Program-made: the position numbers and the translations under genes
Shown here: piece by piece, positions 33,658-43,417 of the stretch
Position numbering within the stretch: the first letter of the stretch is position 1
Layout of the letters: every line of letters begins with the position of its first letter
Notes under the pieces: model-generated
What the model saw: only the letters and a program-made list of their open reading frames with translations
Databases searched by the model: none
What the model was told of the DNA's origin: nothing
Source of the DNA: Patescibacteria group bacterium
GTDB taxonomy: Bacteria > Patescibacteriota > Patescibacteriia > UBA9570 > JAHJKD01
DNA length: 64,000 bases
Assembly (NCBI GenBank): GCA_043798935.1
Contig: JAZDOC010000014.1
Span: forward strand, 3,549-67,548
Direction: 5' to 3'

Positions 33658-34443
33658 TTATTTAGAATATTTTTTTAAAAAATTTAATACTTCATTAAAA
33701 ATAACCTCGCGATGCTCGCCATAAATAGAAACATGGAGCTTATCTTCGATGAAAAAAAGCTCTTTCTTATTTAAGTGAGTTCCTACGGCATTATAAATAA
33801 TTTCGGCGCTGCGGCTGTTAACAGTTTGATCAAAAAATGATTGAATAATTAAAATCGGTTTTTTAATTTTTCGTAAAAGCTTTCTGGACAAATTCAAAAG
33901 CTTTAACATTTCATACATACTTTTAAGCGGAATAACTCGATACGATCCGTATTTATAATAATAATCTCTTAAAAATTTATTTTCAAGAGTTCTTTTTTTA
34001 GCATATTTTTTAAAAGGGCGAAGAATTGGAAGCAGAACTCGCATTATCATGTGGCGACGATAAAAAATCGGTGCGCCGAAAGTAATGATGCCGGCCACTT
34101 TTTGAGGATATTTAGCAGTCAAATAAAAAGCGATGTTTCCACCTAATGAAAAACCGGCAATATAAATTTTTTTTACATGCTTAGACAGCTCAAATAACGC
34201 TTTTTCAGATTCTTCTAGCCAGTCTTCGTGCTTAATTCTTAACAAATCATCAGGATTGGTGCCGTGACCCGGTAAAATCGGCGCTGATATCGTATAATTA
34301 TTTTCAGTTAAAATGTCGATGGCACCAGCTAAAGCGCTGGCTGTACTGGTAAAGCCGTGAATTAAAAGAACGCCTACACTTCCTTTTTTTATAAAATATG
34401 AAGCATTGCTTTTTAATTTTTTTCTTTTTGTTAACAGTACCAT
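33658..34443 (-). CDS. alpha/beta hydrolase (carboxylesterase-like)
   Basis: GFSLGGNIA nucleophile elbow (GxSxG) and LLIHGFTS oxyanion region. Confidence 0.8.
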   Translation of the reverse strand: MVLLTKRKKLKSNASYFIKKGSVGVLLIHGFTSTASALAGAIDILTENNYTISAPILPGHGTNPDDLLRIKHEDWLEESEKALFELSKHVKKIYIAGFSLGGNIAFYLTAKYPQKVAGIITFGAPIFYRRHMIMRVLLPILRPFKKYAKKRTLENKFLRDYYYKYGSYRVIPLKSMYEMLKLLNLSRKLLRKIKKPILIIQSFFDQTVNSRSAEIIYNAVGTHLNKKELFFIEDKLHVSIYGEHREVIFNEVLNFLKKYSK

Positions 34444-34508
34444 AATGCCTTATTTATACCAAAAAATAGTGATATTAGCAAATAATTCAATGCCTAAGCT
34501 AATTTAAA

Positions 34509-35738
34509 TTATAGATTAAAACATCTTACAATAATGCTTGAAATTTTATTTTCTAAATTTTGTTTGGATTTATATTTAACTGAAAAAAAATTACCAGCAT
34601 GTCCGCACCAATAATCTCCTTTTTTGACTTCAAATAAAACCTTTAACTTCTGGCCTTTCATTTTCTTTTTAAATTCATCCTGCAAATTTTGGTTCACTTT
34701 TTGTAATTGTTGTGCTCGCTGTTTTTTTATTTTTTCATCAACTTGATCTTTCATAATAGCTGCGGGTGTACCTTCTCTAATGGAGTATCTAAAAATATGA
34801 ATTTTTAAAAATTTGCATGCCTTAACTAAATCTAGAGAATCCTGAAAATCCTGATCAGTTTCAGATGGAAAGCCAACAATCACATCAGTAGTAAATCCAA
34901 AATCCGGATAAACTTTATAATAATCTTTAATAATAAGTAAATACTGTTTAGCCGTATAATTACGATTCATGCTTTTTAATATTTTTTCCGAGCCGGATTG
35001 TAAAGACAAATGCAAATGACGACAAAGCCGTGGATTTAAAAATAAATTTTTAAATTTATTATTTTTATAAACAAAATCCGGATTAATTGAAGACAGCCTG
35101 ATACGCTTAATTTTTGTTTGGTTTAATATTTGTTGAATTAATTCTGGCAGGCGCAAATACGTATTTGTGTCTTCATTTTTATATTTATACTGCCCGATAT
35201 TAACACCGGTTAATACTACTTCTTTGTAGCCTTGTTTTTCTTTTTGTTTAATTTCATTAATGATCGCGATGGGTGAAAAACTACGCGACTTTCCTCGCCT
35301 TATAGTCGTTAGACAATACGTACAATGATTATCGCAACCGGTTTGAATTTTTATGTTCGAGCGAGTTCGACTATACCTATTTTGTAAAGACGTTGCATAC
35401 GATGTTTTATCAGAAGCACCGAATATTTTTATAAATTCCCCAACAAAATTTTCTTTGTTTTTAATGTAAAAATCAATTTCCGGCATTTTAAAGTCTGAAC
35501 AGCCGGTCATGATAATTTTTGCATGCGGACATTTCTTCTTTAATTGCCGTATAGCCTGCCGACCTTCACGGTCAGCCTTATGCGTTACTGCACAAGTATT
35601 AACAACTGCAATATTAAAGATTTGTTTAAAAATAACAACAAAAAAACCGTGTTTTTCTAATTCATCTTGGTACTTATCGGTTTCGGCTTGATTAAGCCGA
35701 CAACCCAAAGTATAGAAAGCTATTTTATTATTATTCAT
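34509..35738 (-). CDS. radical-SAM methylthiotransferase of the MiaB/RimO/MtaB family
   Basis: N-terminal MTTase domain (FYTLGCRLNQAETD...VNTCAVT) and radical-SAM CxxxCxxC (TGCDNHCTYCLTTIRRG). Confidence 0.85.
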   Translation of the reverse strand: MNNNKIAFYTLGCRLNQAETDKYQDELEKHGFFVVIFKQIFNIAVVNTCAVTHKADREGRQAIRQLKKKCPHAKIIMTGCSDFKMPEIDFYIKNKENFVGEFIKIFGASDKTSYATSLQNRYSRTRSNIKIQTGCDNHCTYCLTTIRRGKSRSFSPIAIINEIKQKEKQGYKEVVLTGVNIGQYKYKNEDTNTYLRLPELIQQILNQTKIKRIRLSSINPDFVYKNNKFKNLFLNPRLCRHLHLSLQSGSEKILKSMNRNYTAKQYLLIIKDYYKVYPDFGFTTDVIVGFPSETDQDFQDSLDLVKACKFLKIHIFRYSIREGTPAAIMKDQVDEKIKKQRAQQLQKVNQNLQDEFKKKMKGQKLKVLFEVKKGDYWCGHAGNFFSVKYKSKQNLENKISSIIVRCFNL

Positions 35739-35828
35739 ATTATTTCACCATTAAATAACTATCTATTTATAGTTTTATCTATTTTGAAATATTAATAAAA
35801 TTAATCATATTTTACCTGTGGAAAAATA

Positions 35829-35857
35829 TTGACAATTATTCATTTATTATATACAAT
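35829..35857 (+). promoter_or_regulatory. sigma70-type promoter TTGACA-17-TACAAT upstream of tRNA-Lys
   Basis: ttgaca at 35829-35834, a 17-nt spacer, then tacaat at 35852-35857, about 80 nt upstream of the tRNA 5' end. Confidence 0.5.
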
Positions 35858-35937
35858 AACCTCGGTCTTAGAAAGGCCATTTTAATTTCATTTTTCCCGT
35901 TTATAATTACGGTCTAAATTCCGTTGATTATTTAAAC

Positions 35938-36013
35938 GGGGTGTTAGCTCAGCTGGTAGAGCAGCTCCCTTTTAAGGAGAAGGTCACAGGTTCGATTCCC
36001 GTACACCCCACCA
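35938..36013 (+). tRNA. tRNA-Lys (anticodon UUU), CCA encoded
   Basis: GGGGTGTTAGCTCAGCTGGTAGAGCAGCTCCCTTTTAAGGAGAAGGTCACAGGTTCGATTCCCGTACACCCCACCA. Cloverleaf: 7-bp acceptor stem, D-arm GCTC/GAGC, anticodon loop CTTTTAA, T-loop GGTTCGATTCC. Confidence 0.93.
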
Positions 36014-36018
36014 ATATT

Positions 36019-36046
36019 GAAGCGTCATTATAGGCGCTTTTTTTAT
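36019..36046 (+). terminator. rho-independent terminator after tRNA-Lys
   Basis: aAGCGTCattatagGGCGCTttttttt, hairpin with U-G wobble followed by a T7 run. Confidence 0.6.
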
Positions 36047-36073
36047 TTCTACTTTCCGCCTGTATATAATTGT

Positions 36074-36102
36074 TTGAATCTGGTAAGATATAGACATATT
36101 AT
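36074..36102 (+). promoter_or_regulatory. putative mscL promoter TTGAAT-17-TATTAT
   Basis: ttgaat at 36074-36079, a 17-nt spacer, then tattat at 36097-36102, 55 nt upstream of the mscL ATG. Confidence 0.4.
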
Positions 36103-36157
36103 AAATAATAATTTATTTATTATTACATAATCAATCTTAATACTAATAATCGAAAAT

Positions 36158-36544
36158 ATGTTTAAAGAATTTAAAGAATTTGCTATAAAAGGAAACATGA
36201 TTGACATGGCCGTTGGTATCATTATCGGAGCCGCTTTTGGTAAAATCGTGAGCTCGCTCGTTACAGACGTTATTATGCCTCCAATTGGAGCAATATTAGG
36301 AGGTATAGATTTTTCTAATTTAACCATAACACTTAAAAAAGCCACTGAAACCACCGAGGCTATAACTCTAAATTATGGCTTATTTATCAACTCCGTGATC
36401 AACTTTCTAATAATTTCTTTTGCAATATTTATTGTAGTTAAGCAGATTAATAAGTTTAGAAAAAAAGAAAAAGCAAAACCAAATAAACCGACTGAGGAAG
36501 CATTGCTTCTAAGAGAAATTAGAGACTTTGTTAAGAAAAAATAG
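36158..36544 (+). CDS. mscL: large-conductance mechanosensitive channel
   Basis: [31 protein letters not shown]...IMPPIG is the canonical MscL N-terminus and TM1. Confidence 0.92.
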   Translation: MFKEFKEFAIKGNMIDMAVGIIIGAAFGKIVSSLVTDVIMPPIGAILGGIDFSNLTITLKKATETTEAITLNYGLFINSVINFLIISFAIFIVVKQINKFRKKEKAKPNKPTEEALLLREIRDFVKKK

Positions 36545-36588
36545 AAATGTGTCTTTAGACAGTTTATTTATAACTTATAGAGACGCTA

Positions 36589-38067
36589 TTAAATTGTTTC
36601 TAAATTAAAATAATCTACGGGCGCGTAATCGTCGGTTAGAATTATTGCCGAATCCAAATCTTCCGGAAGCGGATTATATAAATTATCTAAATATTTAGCT
36701 GCTTCAAAATTTGAAAACTTTTTTTGGATTGATGTGTTAAAAATCTGACTGCTTTTTACAGCCACGATAATTACATTTTGCATGGCCTCGGGGTGTTCTT
36801 TATTAATCCCGAAAACAAAAACTTGTGGAAAAATAGACTGTAAAGTTTTATATTCAGACCAAACAAATTTTGAACCTTTACCGCTTAAAGAATTATTGGC
36901 GTTTATAATCACAACTCCAGAGTCGTTTAAAATACGATTAATATTAGTAAACGTTTCTTTAGTGGTCACGTGCCACGGCACATAAAACCGCGACCGAAAA
37001 ACATCTACATAAACTGCATCGTATTTTTGCGTAGCGCGATTAACAAAAGTCCGGGCATCCTCGTTGTATGATTTTAATCTGGGATCATCTTGTAAATTAA
37101 AATATTTTTTGGCAATATCAGTCACTACCGGATCTATTTCAACTACATCTATTTTACCGGCTTCATTTCTTTGCAAAAAATCTTTCGCCAATGTATAAGC
37201 ACCACCACCAAGCAGTAATGCGCTGTCAATTTTTGGAGTAAAAACATTATCCAAGCGATAATATTTTGAATATTCATAAACCATTTCGTCTGAATCTAAA
37301 TAAATTGCTGAACTGAATTCCTGATTTAAATCTAATCCACGTACAATGTGATTTCCAATATCAACATAATCATAAACTTTTATTGCTGAATAAGCCGTGT
37401 TGCCATCTACAATATAATTTGAATTTTGTTCCATAAAAACCATGCCGGGCCAAAGCAAAAAAAGTAAACCAAAATATAAATTTTTCTTGGCTATTTTAAA
37501 ATCTACTATAAATAAAAAAAGTACAAATAAAACCGCGCTCATACCAAAAACGATATTAGTTATTTTTATATATGGGATTAAACCCAAGCCAGCAAGAAAA
37601 GTTCCGAAGATGCTGCCAAGTGTAGAAAAAGCATAAAGATTTCCAGCCACATTGCCAGTCTGATGAATATTTTCTAATTTTAGCTTAATAGTATACGGCG
37701 ATACCATGCCAAGTAGCATGCTCGGTGGAGCAAACAAAATTAAACAAGCAGTTATTGAGCCCCATACCACTCCTGAATTTGCAGCCAAGGCAGTTACTGG
37801 GTTTTTAATTAACCCTAAAACCATGATATTTACCGCACTAAGTAAAATAATTCGAGCTAAAACGTTTAAATTTGGCTCTTTATCAGCCAATCGCCCACCA
37901 AAATAATACCCCAAGCTGAGCGCACCCAAAATCACCCCCATTAAAGCCGACCAAACCGGTAAAGAAGTACCCACATAAGGGGCTAATATTCGCGAACCCG
38001 TAAGCTCTAGTACCATTACCACGGCTCCGCAAACAAACACTATTATTAGCAATTTATTTTTATTCAT
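36589..38067 (-). CDS. spermidine synthase-like (polyamine aminopropyltransferase fold) fused to an N-terminal multi-TM domain
   Basis: C-terminal LLLGGGAYTLAKDFLQ...DVVEIDPVVTDIAKKYF matches the spermidine synthase/MTase fold. The N-terminal ~200 aa carry 6-7 TM helices. Confidence 0.7.
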   Translation of the reverse strand: MNKNKLLIIVFVCGAVVMVLELTGSRILAPYVGTSLPVWSALMGVILGALSLGYYFGGRLADKEPNLNVLARIILLSAVNIMVLGLIKNPVTALAANSGVVWGSITACLILFAPPSMLLGMVSPYTIKLKLENIHQTGNVAGNLYAFSTLGSIFGTFLAGLGLIPYIKITNIVFGMSAVLFVLFLFIVDFKIAKKNLYFGLLFLLWPGMVFMEQNSNYIVDGNTAYSAIKVYDYVDIGNHIVRGLDLNQEFSSAIYLDSDEMVYEYSKYYRLDNVFTPKIDSALLLGGGAYTLAKDFLQRNEAGKIDVVEIDPVVTDIAKKYFNLQDDPRLKSYNEDARTFVNRATQKYDAVYVDVFRSRFYVPWHVTTKETFTNINRILNDSGVVIINANNSLSGKGSKFVWSEYKTLQSIFPQVFVFGINKEHPEAMQNVIIVAVKSSQIFNTSIQKKFSNFEAAKYLDNLYNPLPEDLDSAIILTDDYAPVDYFNLETI

Positions 38068-38216
38068 ACGTCATATTATAGCATATTTATAGATTAAAAC
38101 GTAAATATCAAGATATACACTTTTTTGGGGAAAAGCATGTGCAAAATCAACCTAATATAATCTTGTTAAAACCCGGAAAAAAATGTAATATTAACAAACC
38201 GATTATACTTTTATTT

Positions 38217-39611
38217 ATGAACGATTTAAACCAAAAAATAGATAAAATCGCCCCGCATAACTTGGAAGCTGAACAGGCTGTTTTGGGCTCACTGATTATC
38301 GATAAAGATGCCATTATCAAAGTAGCAGATTCTTTGCGTCCCGAAGATTTTTACAGCGACAAACACTCTTTAATTTATGAAGCCATTCAAGATATTTATT
38401 CTAAACGAGAGCCTATCGATTTGTTAAGCGTGGTTAGTCGGCTGGAAGACAAAGGCCAGCTCGATGTTATTGGTAGCCGGAGTTATTTAATCTCTCTAAC
38501 CAACAGCGTCCCCACGGCCACTAATATTTTAAATTATTCTTCAATTGTTCAGAAGAAAGCTACTTTGCGACGGTTGATCGGGGCGGCCAGTGAAATTTTA
38601 AGTTTTGGATATAAAGAAACCGATGAAGTTGACGATTTATTAGACCAAGCCGAACAAGCACTTTTCAAAGTTTCACAAAAATATTTACGTCAAAATTTTG
38701 TTCCTCTTTCTAGTGTTTTAACTTCTGCTTTTGATAGAATTGACGAGATTCATAAAGAAGCTGGAAAATTACGCGGTGTGCCGACCGGCTTTAAAACCTT
38801 AGATAATAAACTGGGTGGTTTGCAAAAATCTGATCTGGTAATTCTAGCCGCTCGCCCATCCATGGGTAAAACTTCTTTAGCTCTCGATATTGCCCGCCAT
38901 GTAGCCACTCGGGAAAAAATCCCAGTAGGAATATTTTCACTGGAAATGAGTAAAGATCAATTAGTCGACAGACTTCTTTGTGCTGAAGCCAATGTTGATT
39001 TATGGAAAATGCGTACCGGTAAACTTTCCGATTCACCTGATAACGACGATTTCCCCCGCATCGGCCAGGCCATGGGTGTGCTATCGGAAGCGCCGATCTT
39101 TATCGACGACACTGCCATGACAAACATTATGGAAATCCGTACCAAAGCACGCCGTTTACAAATTGAGCATGGCCTTGGTTTGATCGGGATCGATTGGTTG
39201 CAATTCATGGAAGGTCCAGCCGCTAACGCTGATAACCGCGTGCAAGTGATTGCGGAAATTTCGCGTGCTTTAAAAGGTATAGCGCGTGAACTAAACATTC
39301 CAGTACTGGCACTGTCGCAATTATCGCGCGCCGTAGAAATGTCTAACCCTCCTATTCCTAAACTATCTCATTTAAGAGAGTCCGGATCTATTGAGCAAGA
39401 TGCTGATGTGGTAATGTTTGTTTATCGTGAAGATTATTACAAAAAAGATTCGGATCGTAAAAACATTGCTGATATTATTATCGCCAAACACAGAAATGGT
39501 CCAACCGGTCAAGCTGAATTATTCTTTGATATTGAAAAAGCTAGCTTTAAAAATTTAGATAAAGGCCGAAATTTCGAAGATACTCCGCCACCAAGTTTTG
39601 ACACCTTCTAA
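38217..39611 (+). CDS. dnaB: replicative DNA helicase DnaB
   Basis: APHNLEAEQAVLGSLI N-terminal motif, Walker A ARPSMGKTSLAL, and the RecA-like C-terminus. The ORF track starts at 38139; the likely true start is the internal ATG at 38217 (MNDLNQKIDK). Confidence 0.9.
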   Translation: MNDLNQKIDKIAPHNLEAEQAVLGSLIIDKDAIIKVADSLRPEDFYSDKHSLIYEAIQDIYSKREPIDLLSVVSRLEDKGQLDVIGSRSYLISLTNSVPTATNILNYSSIVQKKATLRRLIGAASEILSFGYKETDEVDDLLDQAEQALFKVSQKYLRQNFVPLSSVLTSAFDRIDEIHKEAGKLRGVPTGFKTLDNKLGGLQKSDLVILAARPSMGKTSLALDIARHVATREKIPVGIFSLEMSKDQLVDRLLCAEANVDLWKMRTGKLSDSPDNDDFPRIGQAMGVLSEAPIFIDDTAMTNIMEIRTKARRLQIEHGLGLIGIDWLQFMEGPAANADNRVQVIAEISRALKGIARELNIPVLALSQLSRAVEMSNPPIPKLSHLRESGSIEQDADVVMFVYREDYYKKDSDRKNIADIIIAKHRNGPTGQAELFFDIEKASFKNLDKGRNFEDTPPPSFDTF

Positions 39612-39633
39612 TAATTAATAAAATATAAAAAAT

Positions 39634-39942
39634 ATGTTCAACAAATTAAAACAATTTAAAGATTTAAGAAGCCAAGCCAAACAAATGCAACATAGTTTAG
39701 CGGCTGAAACCATTGAAGCTGAGGCTTTATCGGGTAGATTAAAATTAACCATGGATGGTAATCAAAAAGTACAGTCTATTTATGTGGATCCAGAACTTTT
39801 ATCGGTTGATAAAAAAAGAAAGCTAGAAGATGGTATTAAAGATTTGTTCGACAACGCTCATTCGGCCGTGCAAAAAACCATGATGAAAAAAATGCGCGCT
39901 GGTGAAATAGACATGCCTGATTTATCAAGCTTAGGAATGTAA
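39634..39942 (+). CDS. ybaB: nucleoid-associated protein YbaB/EbfC
   Basis: 102 aa with an MFNKLKQFKDLRSQAKQMQ N-terminus. The ybaB-recR pairing is conserved. Confidence 0.85.
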   Translation: MFNKLKQFKDLRSQAKQMQHSLAAETIEAEALSGRLKLTMDGNQKVQSIYVDPELLSVDKKRKLEDGIKDLFDNAHSAVQKTMMKKMRAGEIDMPDLSSLGM

Positions 39943-39973
39943 TTATTAGTAACCATCTTAACTAGCCATTACT

Positions 39974-40570
39974 ATGCCCTTTCCAAATGCGATTCAAAAT
40001 TTAATTGAACAGTTCAACCGCTTGCCGGGTATCGGTTCTAAAACATCAGAGCGCTTTATTTTTTATTTACTTAAACAACCCAAGCAAAACATTAATGAAT
40101 TTATTAGGGCTCTAGACAAATTAAAAACCGAAGTTAGAATTTGCTCTGAATGTCAAAATTTCTCCGAACAATCCCCTTGTCGAATATGTGCTGACGCCAG
40201 CCGAGATAGAAGTATTATTTGTGTAGTTGCGGAAAGCCCGGATATTATTGCTTTGGAAAAAACTAGTGAGTATCAAGGCCTCTACCATGTACTAAATGGA
40301 ACGATTAATGAAATAGATGGCATTAATTTAGATCAACTTAAATTTAAAGAACTGCTTCAGAGAATTAAAAATAACAATATCCAAGAAATTATTTTAGCTT
40401 TCGATGCTAATATGGAAAGTGAAACCACGGCCATGTATTTAATGCGTGAACTTAAACCATTAAATATTAAAATTACTCGCCTAGCGCGAGGTTTACCCAT
40501 GGGCTCAGACATTGAATACGCTGATGAGGTAACGCTATCGAATGCAATTCAAGAACGAAAAGAAATATAA
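39974..40570 (+). CDS. recR: recombination protein RecR
   Basis: LPGIGSKTSERFIFYLL helix-hairpin-helix, C4 zinc finger CSECQNFSEQSPCRIC, Toprim domain. Confidence 0.92.
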   Translation: MPFPNAIQNLIEQFNRLPGIGSKTSERFIFYLLKQPKQNINEFIRALDKLKTEVRICSECQNFSEQSPCRICADASRDRSIICVVAESPDIIALEKTSEYQGLYHVLNGTINEIDGINLDQLKFKELLQRIKNNNIQEIILAFDANMESETTAMYLMRELKPLNIKITRLARGLPMGSDIEYADEVTLSNAIQERKEI

Positions 40571-40589
40571 AACTATATAATTATTATAC

Positions 40590-40620
40590 TCGCCCACGCC
40601 CATAAAGGGCGGGGCTTTAT
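40590..40620 (+). terminator. GC-rich terminator hairpin (copy 2 of the conserved motif) after recR
   Basis: GCCCACGCCCataaaGGGCGGGGCttt. Confidence 0.7.
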
Positions 40621-40621
40621 T

Positions 40622-40660
40622 AATAAAAAAAATAACCCCGGACTTTAGGCCCGTGGGTTA
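40622..40660 (-). terminator. imperfect hairpin plus T-run terminating rplU on the minus strand
   Basis: Minus-strand sequence aacccacgggcctaaagtccggggtt followed by tttttttatt. Confidence 0.45.
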
Positions 40661-40679
40661 TAAATATAAATATTTTCTA

Positions 40680-40988
40680 TTAAGCGATTGATTGTATTTC
40701 AAGCTCTGTAAAACATTGACGATGGCCGACGTTTCGGCTGTAGCGAGTTTTATTTTTATATTTTACCACGGCTACTTTCTTGGTTCGACCCTGGCGAATT
40801 ACGGTAGCGGTTACTTTAGCGCCTTCTACAACCGGAGTGCCAACTTTTATTTTGTTATCATCGCCAACTAATAAAACCTGGTCAAACTCAACAGTCTGCC
40901 CTTTTTCAGCGTTTAATTTTTCCACACGAATTTTATCTTTGGCTTGAACTTTATACTGTTTTCCGCCGGTTTTTATTACTGCTAGCAT
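40680..40988 (-). CDS. rplU: 50S ribosomal protein L21
   Basis: [25 protein letters not shown] is the canonical L21 N-terminus. Confidence 0.9.
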   Translation of the reverse strand: MLAVIKTGGKQYKVQAKDKIRVEKLNAEKGQTVEFDQVLLVGDDNKIKVGTPVVEGAKVTATVIRQGRTKKVAVVKYKNKTRYSRNVGHRQCFTELEIQSIA

Positions 40989-41155
40989 AGATTATATTAC
41001 TTTAATTGATATTTATTAATACTCATGTCCCCTGTGCTAAGTAAGGGACAACGGAATATATATTATATAATTTATGGATTTTCGTCAAGATGCGCTTTTG
41101 TAAGCACTATCTTTTTGCCATTATAAATTAAAATATGAACTAATTTCTATATGTA

Positions 41156-42250
41156 TTATACCAAATTTTTTCGATTTTGTCTATACTTTACTACTACTAC
41201 TCCGCCTAAAATTGCCATGACTATGGCCAAAATCATTAAAGCCAATAATTTACCTATACCTTGTAAAAATAACGAGGAGACGCCAAAAACAGCTGTTAGA
41301 AAGTATAAAAATAATACGGCTTGTCTATGGGAAAAGCCGATATCAAGCAATTGATAATGAAGATGTTTGCGATCAGAAGTTTTAAAAGGAGATTTTTTTT
41401 CTCTAAATAGCCTGCGAATAATTACCCAAATTAAGTCTAAAATTGGAATACCCATTATTAAAAGCGCGGTCGCAATCTTCCCGCCCGATATAATAGCCAG
41501 TACTCCTAACATAAAACCAGCATACAATGACCCGCCTTCACCTAAATAAATTTTTGCTGGATTAAAATTAAACATTAAAAAACCCAGGCAAGCACCGGTT
41601 AAGATAATCGCCAGAATTGCGGTCTCGGGCTGAGCCACTTCTTGGCTTAAGCTTAAGCAAAAAATAATAAACGACCCAATTACGGTTAAGCCAGATACTA
41701 AACCATCTAAACCATCTAATATTTTAGTAGTGTACGACATGCCCATTAACCAAAACAAAGTAAATACGTCAGCTAGCAATGTTATTTTATATGGCAGATC
41801 GTTAATTTTAAATAAAGTAAAATCTAATGAATTAAAATAAAAAATTCCTCCCAAAGGATTTGTAATATAAGTAATACCGATACCACTGGCAATAATAATT
41901 AAACCAGCTAAAAACGGAAAAACAATTTGTTTTTTTGCCGAAAGATCGTATTTGTCATCTAAATATCCGCCAATCATCAAAATTAAACCAGCTATAAAAA
42001 TGCCAATTAAATATTTACTCAACATATATCCGCCCAGCAGCCATTTACTAGAAAGCAGAACCACAATATTAAAACTTAAAAAAATAGCCAAACCGCCTAA
42101 TAACGGAATTGGCCTTGTCTGTTGTTTTCTGTCTGGCCGAGTTGTGGGGTCATCAACAATTTTATTCTGCAAAGCAAACTTCTTTACAAAAAAAGTAAAA
42201 ACATAACTAAGTGCAAATGCAAATATAAATGGAATTAAATATTTTATCAT
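41156..42250 (-). CDS. glycosyltransferase family 4 phospho-sugar transferase (MraY/WecA family)
   Basis: About 10 TM helices, a DDxxD-like YLDDKYDL motif, NPAKIYLGEGGSL, and a C-terminal SDRKHLHYQLLDIGFSHRQAV histidine-rich motif shared by MraY/WecA. It is not embedded in a dcw cluster. Confidence 0.7.
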   Translation of the reverse strand: MIKYLIPFIFAFALSYVFTFFVKKFALQNKIVDDPTTRPDRKQQTRPIPLLGGLAIFLSFNIVVLLSSKWLLGGYMLSKYLIGIFIAGLILMIGGYLDDKYDLSAKKQIVFPFLAGLIIIASGIGITYITNPLGGIFYFNSLDFTLFKINDLPYKITLLADVFTLFWLMGMSYTTKILDGLDGLVSGLTVIGSFIIFCLSLSQEVAQPETAILAIILTGACLGFLMFNFNPAKIYLGEGGSLYAGFMLGVLAIISGGKIATALLIMGIPILDLIWVIIRRLFREKKSPFKTSDRKHLHYQLLDIGFSHRQAVLFLYFLTAVFGVSSLFLQGIGKLLALMILAIVMAILGGVVVVKYRQNRKNLV

Positions 42251-42259
42251 AAGCCTACG

Positions 42260-42658
42260 TTATTTGGCTTGTTGATCTAAATAATTTTGTAATATAATCT
42301 GGGCCGCTACTTGATCTTGTTTTTTGACGCCTTTAACTTCGCGTAATAAATTATCAGCCATTTGTGAAGTTAATCTTTCATCAAAAGTTTGCACTGGTAT
42401 TTCCAGGTGACCGCGTAATTTTTCCACAAATAATTTTACTTCTTTACTCATGTCGTTTTCCTGGCCATCCATACTTAGCGGCAGACCAACAATTATACGA
42501 TCCATGCCTTCAATGTTCACAATGGCTTTAATTTTAGTGATTAATTTATTCTGCGTTAATCCTTCTAAAATACCTTTACCCACAGCAACTTTAGTTTCAT
42601 CAGTACCGATAGCCATGCCTACCCTGGCTTTACCATAATCTAATCCTAAATATTTCAT
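42260..42658 (-). CDS. ruvX: Holliday-junction resolvase-like RuvX/YqgF
   Basis: MKYLGLDYGKARVGMAIGTDETKVAV is the YqgF N-terminal motif. Confidence 0.88.
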   Translation of the reverse strand: MKYLGLDYGKARVGMAIGTDETKVAVGKGILEGLTQNKLITKIKAIVNIEGMDRIIVGLPLSMDGQENDMSKEVKLFVEKLRGHLEIPVQTFDERLTSQMADNLLREVKGVKKQDQVAAQIILQNYLDQQAK

Positions 42659-43416
42659 ATTATTTCATTTTCTCTTTTAGTTAATATTTCGTAACCATTA
42701 TTTGTAACCACGATCGTATGTTCAAAATGAGCTGATAATGATTTATCTTTTGTTGTCACTCGCCAGCCATCATCACTAAATTCTACTTCTGCGCCTCCAA
42801 TATTAACCATGGGTTCAATGCAAATTGCCATGCCTGGTTTTAATTCAGCTCCGGTTTTTATTTTACCATAATTTGGAATCCGCGGATCTTCATGCACCCC
42901 GTAACCAACTCCGTGCCCAACTAATGTCCGAACAACACTAAAACCGCGCGTTTCAGCATATTGCTGAACAGCGAAGCCAATATCCCCTACTGTATTAGCG
43001 GGTTTAACCTGGTTTATACCGGCATATAAAGATTGCTGGGTGGCTATTAATAATTTCTGCGCTTGTTCTGAAATATCACCCACCGCTACGGTCAGTGCAC
43101 TATCGGTAAAAAAATTCTTATATTTTATTCCACAATCGATACTAATAATATCTCCTTCGCATAAAATTCTTTTATTAGGAATACAGTGCACCACTTCTTC
43201 ATTTAAAGATGTGCATAAAATTGCCGGATAATCTCTATATCCTTTAAACGATGGCATAGCTTTATGCAAATTAATTAATGTGTCAGCGTGTTTTTCTAAT
43301 GCCAATAAAGAAATGCCCGGTTTTGCCATTTTCTCTAATTCACTCAAAACAAAAGCGAGAATTTTTCCGCCTTCCCGCATTTTCTCAATTTCTATTTTAT
43401 TTTTATATGTAATCAT
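42655..43416 (-). CDS. map: methionine aminopeptidase type I
   Basis: Pita-bread fold motifs: FKGYRDYPAILCTSLNEEVVHCIP and HGVGYGVHEDP. Confidence 0.9.
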   Translation of the reverse strand: MITYKNKIEIEKMREGGKILAFVLSELEKMAKPGISLLALEKHADTLINLHKAMPSFKGYRDYPAILCTSLNEEVVHCIPNKRILCEGDIISIDCGIKYKNFFTDSALTVAVGDISEQAQKLLIATQQSLYAGINQVKPANTVGDIGFAVQQYAETRGFSVVRTLVGHGVGYGVHEDPRIPNYGKIKTGAELKPGMAICIEPMVNIGGAEVEFSDDGWRVTTKDKSLSAHFEHTIVVTNNGYEILTKRENEII

Positions 43417-43417
43417 G

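Noticed and set aside
35938-36013. tRNA-Lys as an integration site for a mobile element
   Set aside because: No integrase, recombinase, direct repeat of the tRNA 3' end or phage/plasmid genes flank it. The neighbours are mscL and housekeeping genes.
36049-36354. Minus-strand ORF 36049-36354 overlapping mscL
   Set aside because: It is antisense to the well-conserved mscL N-terminus and terminator region, with no features. This is a shadow ORF.
40634-40659. CCTAAAGTCCGGGG on the minus strand resembling the RNase P P4 motif
   Set aside because: It lies within a 26-nt terminator hairpin between recR and rplU. There is no surrounding ~350-nt structured RNA.
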